The notes under the pieces are model-generated. The model was not told where the DNA came from, ran no database searches, and was given only the letters and a program-made list of their open reading frames with translations. A program made the translations under genes and the position numbers. From the NCBI GenBank assembly GCA_020891255.1, contig BQFW01000003.1:434001-498000 (forward strand): a stretch of DNA of 64,000 bases, read 5' to 3'. Source of the stretch: Entomortierella parvispora E1425 (lineage: Eukaryota > Fungi > Mortierellomycota). Shown here piece after piece: positions 34,196 to 48,691 of the stretch (positions within the stretch are counted from its first letter, which is position 1; each line of letters begins with the position of its first letter).

Positions 34196-37100
34196 TTACA
34201 GGTAATCTAATCCAGGGACATCCTGTCTCCGATGATCACCATGCTGGCGTGCTACACCTGTACCCGAGCCCAGGTCGACAGATTCGAATTCTGCCAGCGT
34301 CCGTGTTCCACGTTCCTCCATTGGGAATTGAGATCCCAATTCAGTACTGATTGACGACAAGTCATGACTAGAGATGAAGGCTAAAGATGCAAACAAAACA
34401 AAGTGAATACGACATTCAAATCATATCAGACAACATGAAAGAGGTGTAGGAACTCAAAGATAACTTACAGCGCCATTCAGTTCGCAGGCTGTCAATCATC
34501 TCTCCTGCTTGCTCCGGGTCAATGGACTCGTCCTCTTCCAAAGCCGTCTTTCCTGGCTCGATGATCACCACATTGCCCCTACTCCTCGTGCCAGAAGGAC
34601 TTGCTCCAGCGCCTCCCTGTCCTCGTCCTCCCGCAACATCGTCGCGTTCCGATTCTCCAGTATTAATCCGGACATGTTTTTTGCGTGGTGACATTGTCTG
34701 ATCCGTCGAGACAGAATCCCGGCTCGAATGTGCCCCCAATCCATGCTCATCATTGTCCCCATTGTTCTCGGTCGAAAGCTCCTGGATCCGTCGGACGGCC
34801 CTGTAGTGTTTCAAGAATCTCTGTCGAAGAATCACCTTGAGCAAGACCCTCTGAACGTTCATCGCGTTCACACGCGCGTGGACTCGATCCATCTTTTGAC
34901 GATGGCGGAGCAAATCCCCGATCGAAAGACACTGGTCGTCCTCAATCAACTTGTAATGAGCCATGATGATCAACATCTTTTGGAACGAGACTCCCATCTG
35001 GACCTCTTGAGGCTCCTCACCTCCTCCCATCTCTTGCATTTCAAACATCGCTGCCCTGCGGTTCGCTGCCGCGGCCGGTCCGAAACTGGGCGCTCGCCAA
35101 TGCAGCAGACCCTTCTTTTTCCTGGCCGAGCTCGGGATCGGCTCCATCGACATTACAGCCTCCGTGTACAAAAAGTTGTAAGTTTTGCGTCGACGCGCCA
35201 CCTCCGCCGCGTCCAAATTGGCAATGGCCGAGTTGAAGGCATCCAAGTTGTAATCCTGATGAATCTTGTACTCGATATTGGGTCGCTGCTCCACTCTTCT
35301 GCTTCCAGGGGCCAGGTCCTTTTGAGAATCTTCCCTGTTCATGGTTGATCGACGACTGGTCTCATTCAACATCAGCACCTTCTTGGTGGTGTTGGAAGTC
35401 GCAGTGCTCTTTTCCAGATCCTTGGCCGAGAGTTTGACCGCGTTGGGCTTGACAGTCTCGAGCTTCGACTGAAGCTTTGCAAGCGAATGTTCCTCGTTGT
35501 AAATGCGCAGATCAAACGCTCCTCTCAATTTCTAAATGCGGACCAAAACAAAAGAATGGACAAGTTGGTACGTTTCCTTGTAATGACATACGAGTCCTCA
35601 AGGATATTGGTCACCTACCATCAAGAACTTGGCCAGGTCCTCTTCTTGGATATAGCCAGTGTTCTCGTGATCAACCTCGGCCCAGTGGCGCTTGTAACGA
35701 CGAATCTCTTCTCTCGTGATCAGCGAGAATCCGGGAGCGATCTGGTACACATAGGAAAAGTTGTGCATCACCACCACAATGAACATGTTTGTGAAAATGT
35801 ACATCGAAATGATGTTGAAACTGATGAAGAGCGTGTAGGCCCACGCCGTCGAGCCACAATCAGACAAGAGGTAGTTATCGGGCTCATTCACACAGTTGGG
35901 TCGCTCAACCGCAAAGTCGTGCATCAAATCATTCCATCCCTCTCTATAGTAGTCAAACACAGGGGAATAGGTGAATTGCCTCGAGTTAGCTCCCTTATCT
36001 TCATGTTCATGACTAGTCTTATCCTGATATGAGCCAGGGTCAAGACAATCCAACTTACCCAGTCGACATTCTCGCCATCATCAGTAATGAGGTGCCGATA
36101 TTTCTGAAGTTCACATGGTCGCCGCCGTTGGGTCCATATGAGGTCAATCCAAAGATCTCGCCAAACATGATTCCATAGACTGCGAAAACAACGAGCCACA
36201 CGCCCAACAAACTCGAAATCGATCCAATACTTGCACTAGATACAAAATAGGAGGGGGGGGGGTTAAGATCCGCCCAAGTTCTTGTTCTGACCTATCATCA
36301 AATAAAATATCCTTACGCCATGGTCATGAACAGTTGGTTAAGACTGTCACTGCGCTGCACAAGTCGAAAGAGGATAGCCGTCAAGAATAGCTTCTGGGTC
36401 TGGATCAGAGGTTGCCATGAAGATCCGCAGAGGCGGGCGATAGTGATCAGGATTGCGCAGATCGAGACTACGCTGTTGTAGATGTTCCAGCGGTTCTTGC
36501 GGAATCCTGTCCAGCCCAGACCTCCAATCTTGAAGACAATCTCGGCCATATAGACCGAGAGCAAAGCCAAGAACACCCAGTTCTTCACTCCCTCCCAATC
36601 TCCAGAGTTCACGTGTTCAGTCGCGAGTACAATGCCGTTCACGATCGTCACCACCGTCAGGAAACGGGTAAACCACCCTTTCTTGGGCGATGCCACGGTG
36701 AAAAAGAATTTTCGGATTGGGTTTGCCGGTGCCTTGGATCTTGCCTTGCTCATTTTGATACCGCCCAGCAACTTTTTCAAATCCATCCAGCGTCGCTGGT
36801 TGGCCGTCATGAAGGCTGTTCCCGTTCGCTTCGTGTAATTCTCGATTACAATCGCCACAAACAGAGCCGACACAAAGTACCCTCCCGCCAAGTTGAACAG
36901 GACAAAGAATATGGCGTTGTAGCGAGACGCATCCTGGTTTGGTTGAAGTCCCAGTCCGACCACATTTCGAGCAGTGTCCATGACTCCAGTCCAGCCCTCC
37001 TGTGAAACAATCTCAAACAGGATGAGGAAGGAGGCGCCAAAGTTGTCGAAACTGTAAACATGCGGGTTGGCCCACACACGTGGCATCCAGATATTGGTGT

Positions 37101-38758
37101 CTGGACTGAGAAAGACGCCTGTACAGTCGTTGATAGAGTTGATGTCGGAGCTTTCGTCGTTGCATTTGAAAAAGAGTCCAGAGAAGAGCCGCATACCATA
37201 AATCGCAAAGGGGACAATCAATGCCATTGACAGCATGGTGGCGTCAAAGAGCTGAGGGAATCCTGCGACCAACACTGCATGAAAGGTTCCTTTGATATAT
37301 GCAGACTGGTTGATGAGTCTGAGCGCACGCAGTGCCTTGAGAGAGCGGAAGAATCGGGATACACCCTGTGAGCTTGCGAGGTTGGCCATAAGGGGGGCAT
37401 AGAGCGTGAGCAAAACGAAAAAGTCAATCTGGTTCCAAAGAGTTTTCAGATAAGCGTCCGGAGTGAAGATGAAGCCATCCGCAATCACTCGGATAAAGAA
37501 CTCGACTGTAAAAATGGCAGGGAATACATAGTCGGAGATGCGGATGACAATCGATTGCTCGTCTTCTGGGAGGCTGAACTGGTGTAACCTCCAGACTGGG
37601 GTGGTTATCGCAGCAACAATCACGCAGGCCAAGATGGCCAGCGTGATGAATAGATTGAAGGGTCGACTCAGCATAACATTCTCCCGTGCGCCTTCATAGC
37701 GGAAACCCCGTCCTGGAGTCACAAATCGTTGCAAGAACCGTCTTGCCTTGTTCTTTGGACCGAATATGAACAAAGATCGATGTCTGAATGCCTCTTGCGA
37801 GAAAAACGGTTCGTCCTTGATCCTCTCGTCATCCATGCTCTCCCGTGCGGGTGCCTGCGCCGAATAAAGATTTCTGAAATGTTCGTTATCGTGCACCTCT
37901 CCTTGGTTCAGGGGTCCGTGCCGGGGGGCGCGACTGAATTCGTTCAAAAGACTCGAGTCTCTCCGGTTCTGTTGAGCAGCCCTGGGGTCTATCCTTAGGA
38001 TAGGGTCTTTTTCAACGCCATGGAACAGTTCGTTATCGCCGAGTAGGAACTCTCGAGCAAGTCCTTTGCGCATCTTATGAATCCATCCCGTCTGAATAAC
38101 ATCCACGCCGATAGACTTTGGGTAAGGCTTGAGGTATTTCGTCAAGTAGAGTACATACTTTCGCTCCTCTTCTTTGGTGTATCCTGACTGTGCCGCGAAA
38201 TCCAAAATCTGTTGGGTATGCTTTGCACCTTCTGCGCCACCCTCAAAATTTTCCATGATGATAGCGATGAGCATGTTCACCAACACGACTAACAGAAGAT
38301 AAGTAGCCATAGAGGGTTAAAAGGCTGTATACCGATGTCATGCAACAACAACCTGACAAAATACCGGTGCACTTACAATTGGCAAAACTGTAGAAGGCGA
38401 TAATAAAAACTGTAGCAATAACGACCTGACCCCATGGGATCTCTGAAGTGATGACATTGTACAAAATATCTGTCCAGTTCTCTCCGGAAAAGAGCTGTAT
38501 AAGAAAATGCAAAAAGAGGTTAAACCTCGTTCTGATATTCGCCATCAAGCAAGATTGATTTCATCTTCTGTACATACCTGATACATGGCCAGATAACTGA
38601 CATAAAAGTCAGAAAAGTTCATTGGGGTTGAAGTAGGATCAACAATTTCACGGAAGAGAATGCCTGCCATCACGGACACCACCACAAGGAACATGGCAAT
38701 GAAGAAGATCAAGTTGAGCAAACCGATCCAACTACCGACGACTCGTTGCTATCAAAAC

Positions 38759-38789
<31 letters not shown>

Positions 38790-41700
38790 GGTACAGGAAA
38801 AATCTCTGATCTCCCAGCAAATCCCTGGGGAATCGATGCATTTCTCAACTTACAATAAGAGATCGAAGACGCTCGACGTAGATGATGACACGGTATATTC
38901 TCACCACTTGAAACACGGTCAAGTAGACATAGACGTGGCTGTTGTGGACATAGGGGATTTGGATGATCAAGGTCGTGATGGCCAAGGTGAGATCTACAAG
39001 GTTCTTTTTGCTGTCAAAGAACTCGCCGGGTCTCGGGAAGCAAACTAAAAAGCGGATGAAAATATCCACGGCGAACGCCACTGTGAACCATAGCTCCGCG
39101 CGATCTAGAAGAGTGAATAGGAGTAAGCATCAACTGTTGATGTCCGAGACCTCTGCTTGTCCCCCCAACCGCCCTCTTCTCCCTTACCAATGAGCTCCAA
39201 TTTGCTTGGAGGAGAGTTATAGCGAGGCAAGCACTGGAAGACTAGATCAGCTACAATCGCAAGAACCCAGACAAACTCTAGACTCTCAACCCAAGCCTTT
39301 CTTCTGCTAAACATATTGTTGCCCGTAAATGTGAAATTGTTGACACTGTCGTTCAGGATGTTGTTTTTGTTGCTATGTTCGTATTATGCAAGATTGGCAT
39401 CACATCATTAGCGTCGGTCGTCTCTTCCTTGCCTTATCCATTTGTTCAATGAATCCATCGAAACTCACCTGTCCTTGTTGTCAGAAGTAAAAGCAGAGTT
39501 TTGGGCCGAGTCATCTCTGATCTTGGCAAACATCTCATTGATGACAGCGATGAACAGGTTCAAGATCCAAAAGTTCATCACCATGACAACCAGCACAAAG
39601 TAGAGCGATGACCAACTGTACTCTGCGTCCATGATATAGTACATAAGATCTGTCCACGTTTGTCCAGTCATGAGAACGTAGACTGGAACCATGGCGGAGT
39701 AGATAACGTCGAATGAGATGGCACCGTCAAGATTAACTCCCGTATCCTATTCAGTTCAGGTACTGTGTTAAAAAACAGCTCAACGAATATTTCACGGATT
39801 ATTTCCTCCCGTTGCTGAATCTCGAGGTAGCTTACCAGGCAGACATAACCATGAGAGCAAATACGACCCTTTGGGCTTGTGGGACTCGGCTCTCCGTCCT
39901 TTTGAATATAAGATGACTCGCGTGTCGGATCGGTGAGATTATAATAACCTCCGCAGAACTGATCTTCCAGGATGTCTGTTGCGTTCGTCGCCGACACACA
40001 GCGTCTAGACAGCGATCCTTTGAAGGCCTGGACTCCAATGATGCTACAGAATTTCGGAGGATGATTGTGTGTAAGTATCCAATGGAAACATTTGGACCGC
40101 CTTAATATATACACGTTCAAGTACTTGCCTGAAAATAATAAAAAAGAATGCAATGAATAGAGCAATGTTGACGAGAAGGGGTGCACTCTTCTTGAGCGAA
40201 TGAAGAATTGTGGCTGATCCTGCTGTGATGTTCAAAAGTCGAAGGGTACGCATCGCCGCAATCGTCTTGAAAAAGTACACATGCTGAACGCCAGCCATCA
40301 TCAGACAGAAATCGATCCAGTAACAGAGAACAGCCAGAAAGTCGATTCGATTGAATGTGTGTCGGAGAAAAGGTATTTGGGTTCCTGTCGCAGCAATGAA
40401 TTGTGGTTTGTATGCGACGAGAGGGTCCATGTAGGTTGGAATAAATTGAGTCATAGTTGTCTGTCGGCCCACTGCAAAATCAATGATCGTTGTGGCCCTA
40501 GTGGTTGCAGTGGTAGTAGACTGTAGAGGAGCCGTTTGTTCCGCGGGTCTCATGGTTGAGGAGGGTGTTGCTGTGTAAATAGGCTTGAATGTGGCTGCTG
40601 GGGTGACGTGATGTGTATGGGCCATGGTTGATGAGGGCGCAAGCATAGTCTCCCGCCTGACAGCATTGGGCGATTTACGCAAGATAGTGGGATTGGTATC
40701 ATGCAAGTTGTCTGTTCTCTGTCTCTTGCCAAAGTACTTGCGAACTTTTTCTCCATCCTTTGGAAACAATATCAGTCCAGAGACAATGATTCTTGACCCG
40801 AGCTCAAGTCTAGCGACGCATTTTCAAAGTAAAAGGACGTTGAGAGTTAGTCCTTGTTCACACGTACTCCGCGTGCATTTGTCCAACTGGTGGCTCACTT
40901 ACGTATAAAGAATGAATATAACAAGCAATCCATAGTCGGTCCAATGTGCCCCCCAAATCGTGTCGCTTCCTTTTGGTGATGAGACCATAAGGACCAGAAA
41001 GATGAGGTTGAGTACCAGCAGGACAAGCAATGACAGCTCGATCCACCTAATATTCAACATACACAGAGTGTTAGACGCCTTGTAAATCAATCTATCCTCC
41101 CTTCTTGAACAAAGTATGCCTGATCCAGAAGCTCGACCTACGTTTGGTTCAGTAGGTCATTCAGGCGCAATCGAAGCCGATTATTTGGGCCAAAGATAAA
41201 GAGTGAGTAACCTTCCAGAGGCTGTTGAGTGGCCATCGGTATTGAGGGTGGCTGAGCCTCTGGGGGCACGATAGTCGCTGACGATCCTTTATGCGTTCCT
41301 AGCTTGCCCTGTACGTTGCTATCCTGATTTGCTCGGATCATATCCTCATCCTCATCCTGACTCTCGTCATCTTCATTCTCTGTAGCGGCTTTGGAGTATA
41401 CAGACGCGATCTCCGGCGTAGGGGGAGGAGGCAGCTTATTTTTAGAAGATGATCCGGACAGGTTCATGACTCTTGTTGAAGCCCTTCCCAGGGCGTCCTT
41501 CATGGACGCTAGCCGCGCCGAGGATCTTGCTGATTTTGCAGAGGAGTGTATACTGATATTGGAAGAGTGGTTGTGATGAAAGCCACGATTGCGCCGCGTG
41601 GGCGTAGTTGGAGGCTGTAGAAAAGAGCTAGCGCCGAGCAGATCTTCCTGCGACTGGTCTGAATATGGCGGGGAAAAGTTGAGAGTCAGGCCTGTGCGGT

Positions 41701-41884
41701 CATGTAAAGGGCCGAGCTCGAAGTCGGAGGATGTAGACCGATCAGATTCCGTCCTGGCAAGACTGGCCCATGCGGCGCCCCTGGAGTCGACAGTAGGGTC
41801 GAATGAGGGGTCATTGTCGGGATCGTTGCTTTGGTTGGAGTGCCTGAGGGACTCGTACTTTGTGCGGCCTAAAGGCATGGGCAA
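34196..41884 (-). CDS. CCH1: Four-domain Ca2+ channel, fungal Cch1/NALCN-type
   Basis: About 11 exons read in phase. Pore helices MTGQTWTD, FSGENWTD, VSQEGWTG and STGEGWND give a Q-E-E-E filter; S4 segments carry reduced charge; one intron is GC-AG (40128-40044). Confidence 0.93.
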
Positions 41885-42403
41885 TGAGACGATAGCGCAG
41901 GAGGAGGAGGAAGAGGGGGAGGGGAGGGGGTAGGGGTGAGGGGTGAAGAGGAGGAGAAAAGAAGGTGGACAAGGGAAAATGAATGAATGAATGTGTTGAA
42001 GGATGAGTGAAGAAGAGAAGAGTGAAGAGAAAGTAGATTGATTCAGTGGTTGATCCCAGGCAAGAAAAAAAAGAAAAAAAAGAAAAAAAAGAAAAAAATA
42101 AGGACCCCTCGGCGACGGACATTGGCAGGCAAATAGGGCTGTGTGGGTGGGCTAGGCACAGGCACAGGCACGGGCACAGCCCTGTCTGTCTGTAATGCTT
42201 ATCTGGCCGTGTGTCCACGTCCTTCTTTCTGCCCTTCTCTTTCCTTCTGTGCTCTCGCTCATTCCTTACCTTGGATCTCCGTGGTGTTAGGGGTGGCAGT
42301 GGCAGAGTCCACGGTCTCGGGTGGGCCGTCGGTGTGGCCGTGGATATGCATCTCTCTCTCTCTCTGATCTGTAGGATTGTCCTTTTCCTGTGGGTGAGCG
42401 TGG

Positions 42404-42449
42404 GTCAGTCAGTCAGTCAGTCAGTCAGTCAGTCAGTCAATCAGTCAGT
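42404..42449. repeat. (GTCA)n microsatellite in the Cch1/PTP divergent promoter
   Basis: About 11 units with one mismatch, read directly. Confidence 0.9.
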
Positions 42450-43058
42450 GCGTCCAGGTGTGTGTGTGTGCATGGGCAGGAGAGCAAGGGTGGAATGAAC
42501 AATGAATGAATGAACAATGAATGAAAGGCAAGGAGAAGGAAAGGAGGGAAGAAAGGAAGAAAGGAAACACAGCGACTGAGGCAGCCAGGGCGGCGGTCTG
42601 TCTTCTGGCACACCTCTTTTCAGTCTGACAAGAACCGAAACACAGCCTGGGCGCAGGAGAGTGTCTGTGATCGTGTGTCTGTGTGTGTGGTTCCTTCCTG
42701 TGCGATGACAAAGTGTTCAGTGCAAGTGCGACTGCGAGCGTGGTGGTGGTAAGTGTGTGTGTGTGCATCTGTGTGTGCATCATTATGTGTGTAACAGCAA
42801 ACAATCATCACCATGGCCACCTCTCGTTCTCCCTTTCCTTTTCATCCTCATCCCCATCCTCATCCTCATCATCCCCATCCATCTCTCCATTGTCCGTCCT
42901 CCTTTCATTCTGTCTCTGACACTGTCTCTCCTCTCCCATTTCCTTCGCTCTCTCCGTTTCAAACCGTCCTGATCCCATCCCCGCTCCTGCTTCTCCCTCC
43001 CGACAATCTCGACATTGTCTGACACATCCTCGAGCCCATTAGCCCATTATCCTCTCCC

Positions 43059-44318
43059 ATGAGCAACCCTGCACGCCTGCCACGCTTCCTGCGACCCGAA
43101 TCCCTGTCTGGCTATCAGAACAAAGTCTTTGCCCACCTGAACCAACTGGAGCGTCAACGCGCCCAGGATGCCGCCCGCTCTGATTCGCCCTTCTGCGTCC
43201 TCCAGGGCACCCAGTCCGCGACCCGGGACCTGAATCGATGTAAGGCTTTTATCTATGTTGTTCAACGCCAAATTCATTTTAAATGCAATTAGAGCGGGAA
43301 AAAAAGAGGGAAAGGGGCCAGGCTCTTCTTTCACCTTTACAACATGACTATACCACCCATCATACTATCTCCTGCACGACGAACAGATCGGGCATTTGCT
43401 CTGGCCCAAAAAAAAAAAAAAAAGCTGACCATATTTTCTTTTTGATGTGGACAAATAGACAGCGATATTCTCCCTTATAAACATTCTCAGGTTTTACTAG
43501 CTGGCGGTCAGGGCGGGCCCCAATCCTTCATCAACGCCAACAGGATCACAGCGCCTCAGAGTCTCAAATCCAGTCTACCGCCCAGCTTCAAGGGTTACAT
43601 TGCAACCCAAGCTCCTTTACCTCACACACAATCTCGATTTTGGAGAATGGCCTTTGAGCAAAATGTATATGTCATTGTTTGCCTCACCGCCGTTAGCGAG
43701 GACAGGACCCGTCGCGCCCAAAAGGCAGAGCGGTATTGGCCTTTGGCAGGACAGACGGACGAAATCGAACGAGGTCTCTTTGTCAGGAACTTGGATTCGG
43801 TCGATGATCAGAGTCAAGTGGCGTACAGACACTTTGAACTGTGGGATGCTAATCGACCAGACCTTGCAAGGAGACCCATGCTGTTGGTCCATTATCAAGG
43901 GTGGCCCGACCATGGTGTGCCAACACAGTCGCAGGAGCTTCGAGACATTTTGCTCAAGATTCGCGCGTGGAAAAGAGAACAGCAGCAGCAATTGCACTTG
44001 ACGCTGGAAGACTTTGGTCCAATGATTGTCCATTGCAGTGCTGGATGCGGGAGAACTGGAACATTTTGTGTCGTTGATACAGCGCTCTCAGTGTTGGAGT
44101 ACATTCAATACCCTCATTTGGCCGCGGCCTTCCGCAGTAGCTCAGCGGTAGAAGGCAAACAGAATGGCTACACTGCTGAAGATATGTATGACCCGGAGGG
44201 CAACCGAGATTTACTCTATGAATCTTTAAACTCGTTCCGGAATGAGCGCATGTTGATGGTGCAGACTCTATCTCAATACATGTTTTGCTACCAAGTGGTT
44301 CGGGATCTTTGCGAATAG
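43059..44318 (+). CDS. Classical protein tyrosine phosphatase
   Basis: Exons 43059-43239 and 43459-44318. Motifs LNRYSDILPY, FINAN, YIATQAPL, FWRM, YQGWPDHGVP, catalytic VHCSAGCGRTGTF and MLMVQTLSQYMFCY. Confidence 0.94.
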
Positions 44319-44849
44319 AACGCAAAAGAGAAACAAAGAGCGATTGCTTTGTAATAAACTCTAGGGCTCGTCAAGAGAACTCTTTTTTGAGTCGAACTGT
44401 CGATCCCCACAGCCTCAAACTAGCGAGAAACGTCCATATTTCATGCTAAATAAGGCTCGTGCACTTTAAAGAGAACCCCCTTTTGTTAGCCAGACTTTCT
44501 GTCCATCTGTCTATCTGCCTGTCTGCTTGCCTGCCGTCATGATGCTCCGCGGAGTATTTGCCTGCGCGGCATGAGATCGTGTGCTTTGCATGATTGTTGC
44601 TTTCTTCTTCAATTAATAGGGGCCTGAAGACTTTTTTGTGGTTCTCTTTGTCTTACCGGGAATGTGAGGACCCAAAGGTTGCCATTAGAGTCAAGTCGAG
44701 GGAGTAGAACTGCTAGAACATGTTCAACCCATCGCTGCTCCATATGGCAAGGATCTTTGAAAACGGGGTCGTCATGAGAAAATGTCGAAACTCTAATGTT
44801 CTTCAACTGCCATCCAAGATTGAACACGGTCCTTCCCCTTGTGTGGCAG

Positions 44850-45033
44850 TGCACTCCCTGCAAGAAAGACGCGCTCGCTGTGTGCGCAATTATTGTTCAA
44901 AGAGGGTGACACCGTGAGGTCTAATAATTCATGGGAAATGGTGTCCCAAGCAACAAATACTTTCATCGAGAGAAGGACAGATCATGGTACAAGTGGCAGT
45001 GCAAAGTCTGGTCGACTCCAAAAGATGTCAACA
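44850..45033 (+). mobile_element. Possible degenerate Tc1/mariner transposase N-terminal (HTH) remnant
   Basis: Frameshifted translation SLQERRARCV / LLFKEGDTVR..VSQATNTFIERRTDHGTSGSAKSGRLQKMS resembles the Tc1-like pattern G.S.R.IA..L.VS.STV..I..R..ETGS...SGRP.K. No DDE domain or TIR is visible. Confidence 0.3.
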
Positions 45034-46801
45034 CTTTCTTTTCCTCCTTTCTTTCTCTCTCTTTGATAAAAATAAAGGGGTGGACACAGGACTATTTTTA
45101 CGAGGTCGATTAACAGAATTCCAGCTGCGAGAAGAGGGACGATGGGTGCCCTTGGTCGCACAAAGCGAGCGAGGAAGAGAGATCATAAAAATAGTCGCTC
45201 GTGGTCGCACAATCCATCTCGAAGGGCGCGTGGCGCGAGACGTTTTCCATTCATGCGACTGGCCCTCACCCTCGTTGTTATTGTTGACCTGCAGATGCAC
45301 ATAAACAACCCAGGAAAAGACGCCTTTCGGTATTTTTGGACTATCGCCACTCGACGCCTCACTGCCAGGTTGTTCAGCACCTACCTAAACGGATAGGGCT
45401 GAGTCAGGGCGGGGTGGCGAGGCGGGTGGACAAAGACAAACAACGTTGTGAGCTTCTTTTGGGATCGGGAAGCCGGCAAACATTCTAATCTTGGAAGACA
45501 ATCCTGCTGGTTCACTTTTATCCAGGAGGGAGGGATGGACTTCAAGTACCTGAGACGATAGAAAAGCGACGGACTTGTCGATCTAGATCGTTGTCAGGGG
45601 ATCTGAACAGATGAGATCATACTCCGTTACTATCATTGCAATAATATGAATACCACCACAGCTGTACCTTTGTTCCTTGCATGATGAGCGTGTTCATGTC
45701 CCTGCTTTCTGCTGCCAGCTGTCGATGGAAAATAAGAAGAAAAACTCAATTGCCCCCTTTCCCCGTTCTCTCGATCTGTCCATCATGGAACAATCCAATG
45801 GTTAGATCGGGTGGAAGGGGGCTGTGATTGACGCTGTGCCGCAATGGCAGTATTAGCGCTAGAAGGATCTCGAGTGTTCACGTTGTACATTGGATAGTGT
45901 ACTCATAGTCCGTCATTTTGCCACCGTTGCCGCTGCGGTGCATTTTTTTTTTCCTTTTTGTATTTTTTTTTTCCTACTCAGTCCTGTGCTACCTTTGTTC
46001 TGCGGCAAAGGTCCTGTGTCAAGGTCCAGACCCAATTTAAGTGTTTTTTTTGGTTTTTTTTGGTTTTGTGCACTGTTCTCCACCGACCCCAAAGAGAGAG
46101 ATGAAATTGGGTCGACCGAGAGAGATGGACGGTCTGTCATCCCTCCCCTTTTGATTTCCAACACCGCAACAAACGCATGCGATTTTTGGGGAATGGGTTG
46201 TCGGACAGTGACGGTGGATTGATTTTTTTTATTTCTGCCCTGGAAAGAAGCGCGGGCTTGGTTCGTGTCTCAGACTTGACGCGTCGGGTGGGAGGAAGCC
46301 AAAATAAGAAGAGTTATCTCCTCAGCCTCGTTAGTCGCGGTCCAGGTGAAAAGGAAAGGAAGAAGAGAAAAGCGCCTCGGAAGGAACGAAGGAACAAAGG
46401 ATTTTCGATCGATGCGAGCGAGGGCGGAATTGAATCGAAGGTAAAGAGAATGCAAAAAGGGAACAACAAGGGTGGAAGGACAGAAGAAGGGAGACGAGCA
46501 CAGAGTCGCACGAATGCAATCCATCTTGCCCACAACAAAAGCTCCGTTTTAGCGCGGTCCAGGGTGGAGGAACAGAGAGAGAGAGCGACAGAATGACTGA
46601 ATGACTGAGTGACTGACTGGGTCGATTGAATCGAACAAGAGTAGAAAAGTCGGCTCTCATTCAATTGCTCTTCAGTTCGTTCGCCCCTGTTTCTCTGTCT
46701 GTCTCTCCCTTTCGTACCTCGGCTCCTGCTCCTTCCTCCTCCACCACCACCACCACCACCATCTTCACCACAACCATCCCGCAGACTCTCAAACCCTCCG
46801 G

Positions 46802-46808
46802 TATAAAA
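46802..46808 (+). promoter_or_regulatory. Candidate TATA box of the zinc-finger gene
   Basis: TATAAAA followed by about 440 nt of ATG-free CT-rich leader up to ATG 47249. Confidence 0.5.
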
Positions 46809-46931
46809 CACGCGCTCGTTCCCTCCTCTGCTCTCGTTTTTTTTTCTCTCTTTTTTTTGTTCCCTTCCCTGTTTCCTTCACTTCAACCTTTAACTTCAAC
46901 TTCAGCAACCTCTGTCTCTCTTTTTCTTTCT

Positions 46932-46962
<31 letters not shown>

Positions 46963-47248
46963 TGTATACCCTTCATCCACGCCTCTTTTGCCCTGACCTT
47001 TGCTCTTTCTCGCGCACGCGTTGCCTTGCTTTTACTTTGCCATCCCTCGCTCCTTGCTGCAAACCGTCGACCGCCTTGTATCCTCTATCCTCGGCCCTCT
47101 TCTTTCCACATCTGCTCTCTTTCTTTTCTCATTCGCCTCCTTTCCCTTCTCTCTCTTGTCACCCCCAAGCAACATTCCTTCCTTCCACCTCTTCAGTCAC
47201 TCCACCATTCCCCCCTGATTGAACTAATAGTCTTTCATTCCTACCCTT

Positions 47249-48649
47249 ATGGACATGCCACAACATCCACATACACAACACTACCCGGACCCTAACCAGG
47301 CCAGAGCTTACTTTGAGTCGTGTCTTGATACCTTCGAGAACGTCTCCGCTGCTGAATCCTCCACCACTCCCCCGGCCTCGGACTCGTCCGCGCCTTTCAC
47401 CATGGATTCTCAAGAGCCTTCAAGCGCTCCCGCCTCGAACTCTGAACAGCAGCACCACCAGCAAGCTGACCGTGAACACAATGGTACAAACAGCTCCGCC
47501 CCCACCTCTGCTTCCTCCTCGTCCTCCACCGCAGTCGATTTCGAGGGCCACTATGGTGCTATTCCACCCCCCATGCCCTTGGTCTACCCGCTCCTGGCCG
47601 AGGCCTTGGTGCGCGAGGGCTTTCCGGGCCTAGCCTCCATGCTGTCGTTCACGCAAGACCAGCGTCAGTTGGAGCAATCCATGGAGCACTCGTACGGTTA
47701 CGAGCACGACCCTAACCACCTGCACTCACTACAAGACCCACATCACCCACAACAACATCCCTCAATGCAGGATGACACATATCTGTTGGACTATGTGGTT
47801 CAGGAGCACAACATGCTAATGGCTCAGCATGGTTATTCAGCAGGGGGTGCTTCCTCTTCCTCTTCCTCCTCTTCCTCGGCCGGCGCAGTCGGTGGCTCCT
47901 TCCACAGCAACAACCCTCAGGACCAGAGCAACAGTAATGGCCCGGCTCTTCCTCAGGATGCCAACAATAGTTCGTTCTCGCTGATGGGTGATATGCAACC
48001 ACTCGAGCTGATGCAGTACAACTCGCTCCTGTTGGATCGCCACTACTTTGACGCTTTGCCTTACTCAATGGTCGAAGCCGGCTGTGGGGCAGACTCTGCT
48101 GGAGGCGCGGGTTGGTGCGATTCCCCCCAGAGTCTTGGCCTGGGCGGTCAGGGTAACTATTTCCCAGACCAGTTCTCACAACCCTTGCACATCCCCCAGC
48201 AACCACAGCAGCCCCAGCAGCCACATCAGCACTATCACCACAATGGGTTCTATGACAACTCCTCCTCGGGTTCTTCCTCGAACGCGGCCTCCTCATCCGC
48301 TGCAGCGGGTTCGTCCTCCGCAGGGGCCTTCAACTTGGGAGGTCTGAACATGAACGGATGGTCGAGCTCTCAGCTCTACCCCCACGGCGATTATTTGTTG
48401 GAGCGAAAGCAACAAGCAGCTTCTGGCCATGGTGGTATGCCTGCATTGCCCGGTCAAGTCTACGCGGCCCATACACAGCCTCTTTTGGAACCAGCGGAGC
48501 CCGAGGATTCCGATGACGAGGACGATGATGTGGAGGGATATGACCACGATGACGAGGACGTGCCTGGTATGACTTCGTCCGACTACCAGCAACAGCCACC
48601 TCCCTTGCAGCCAAATCGGACTAGCCGCCGTATCTCGCGACAGGAGGAA

Positions 48650-48691
<42 letters not shown>

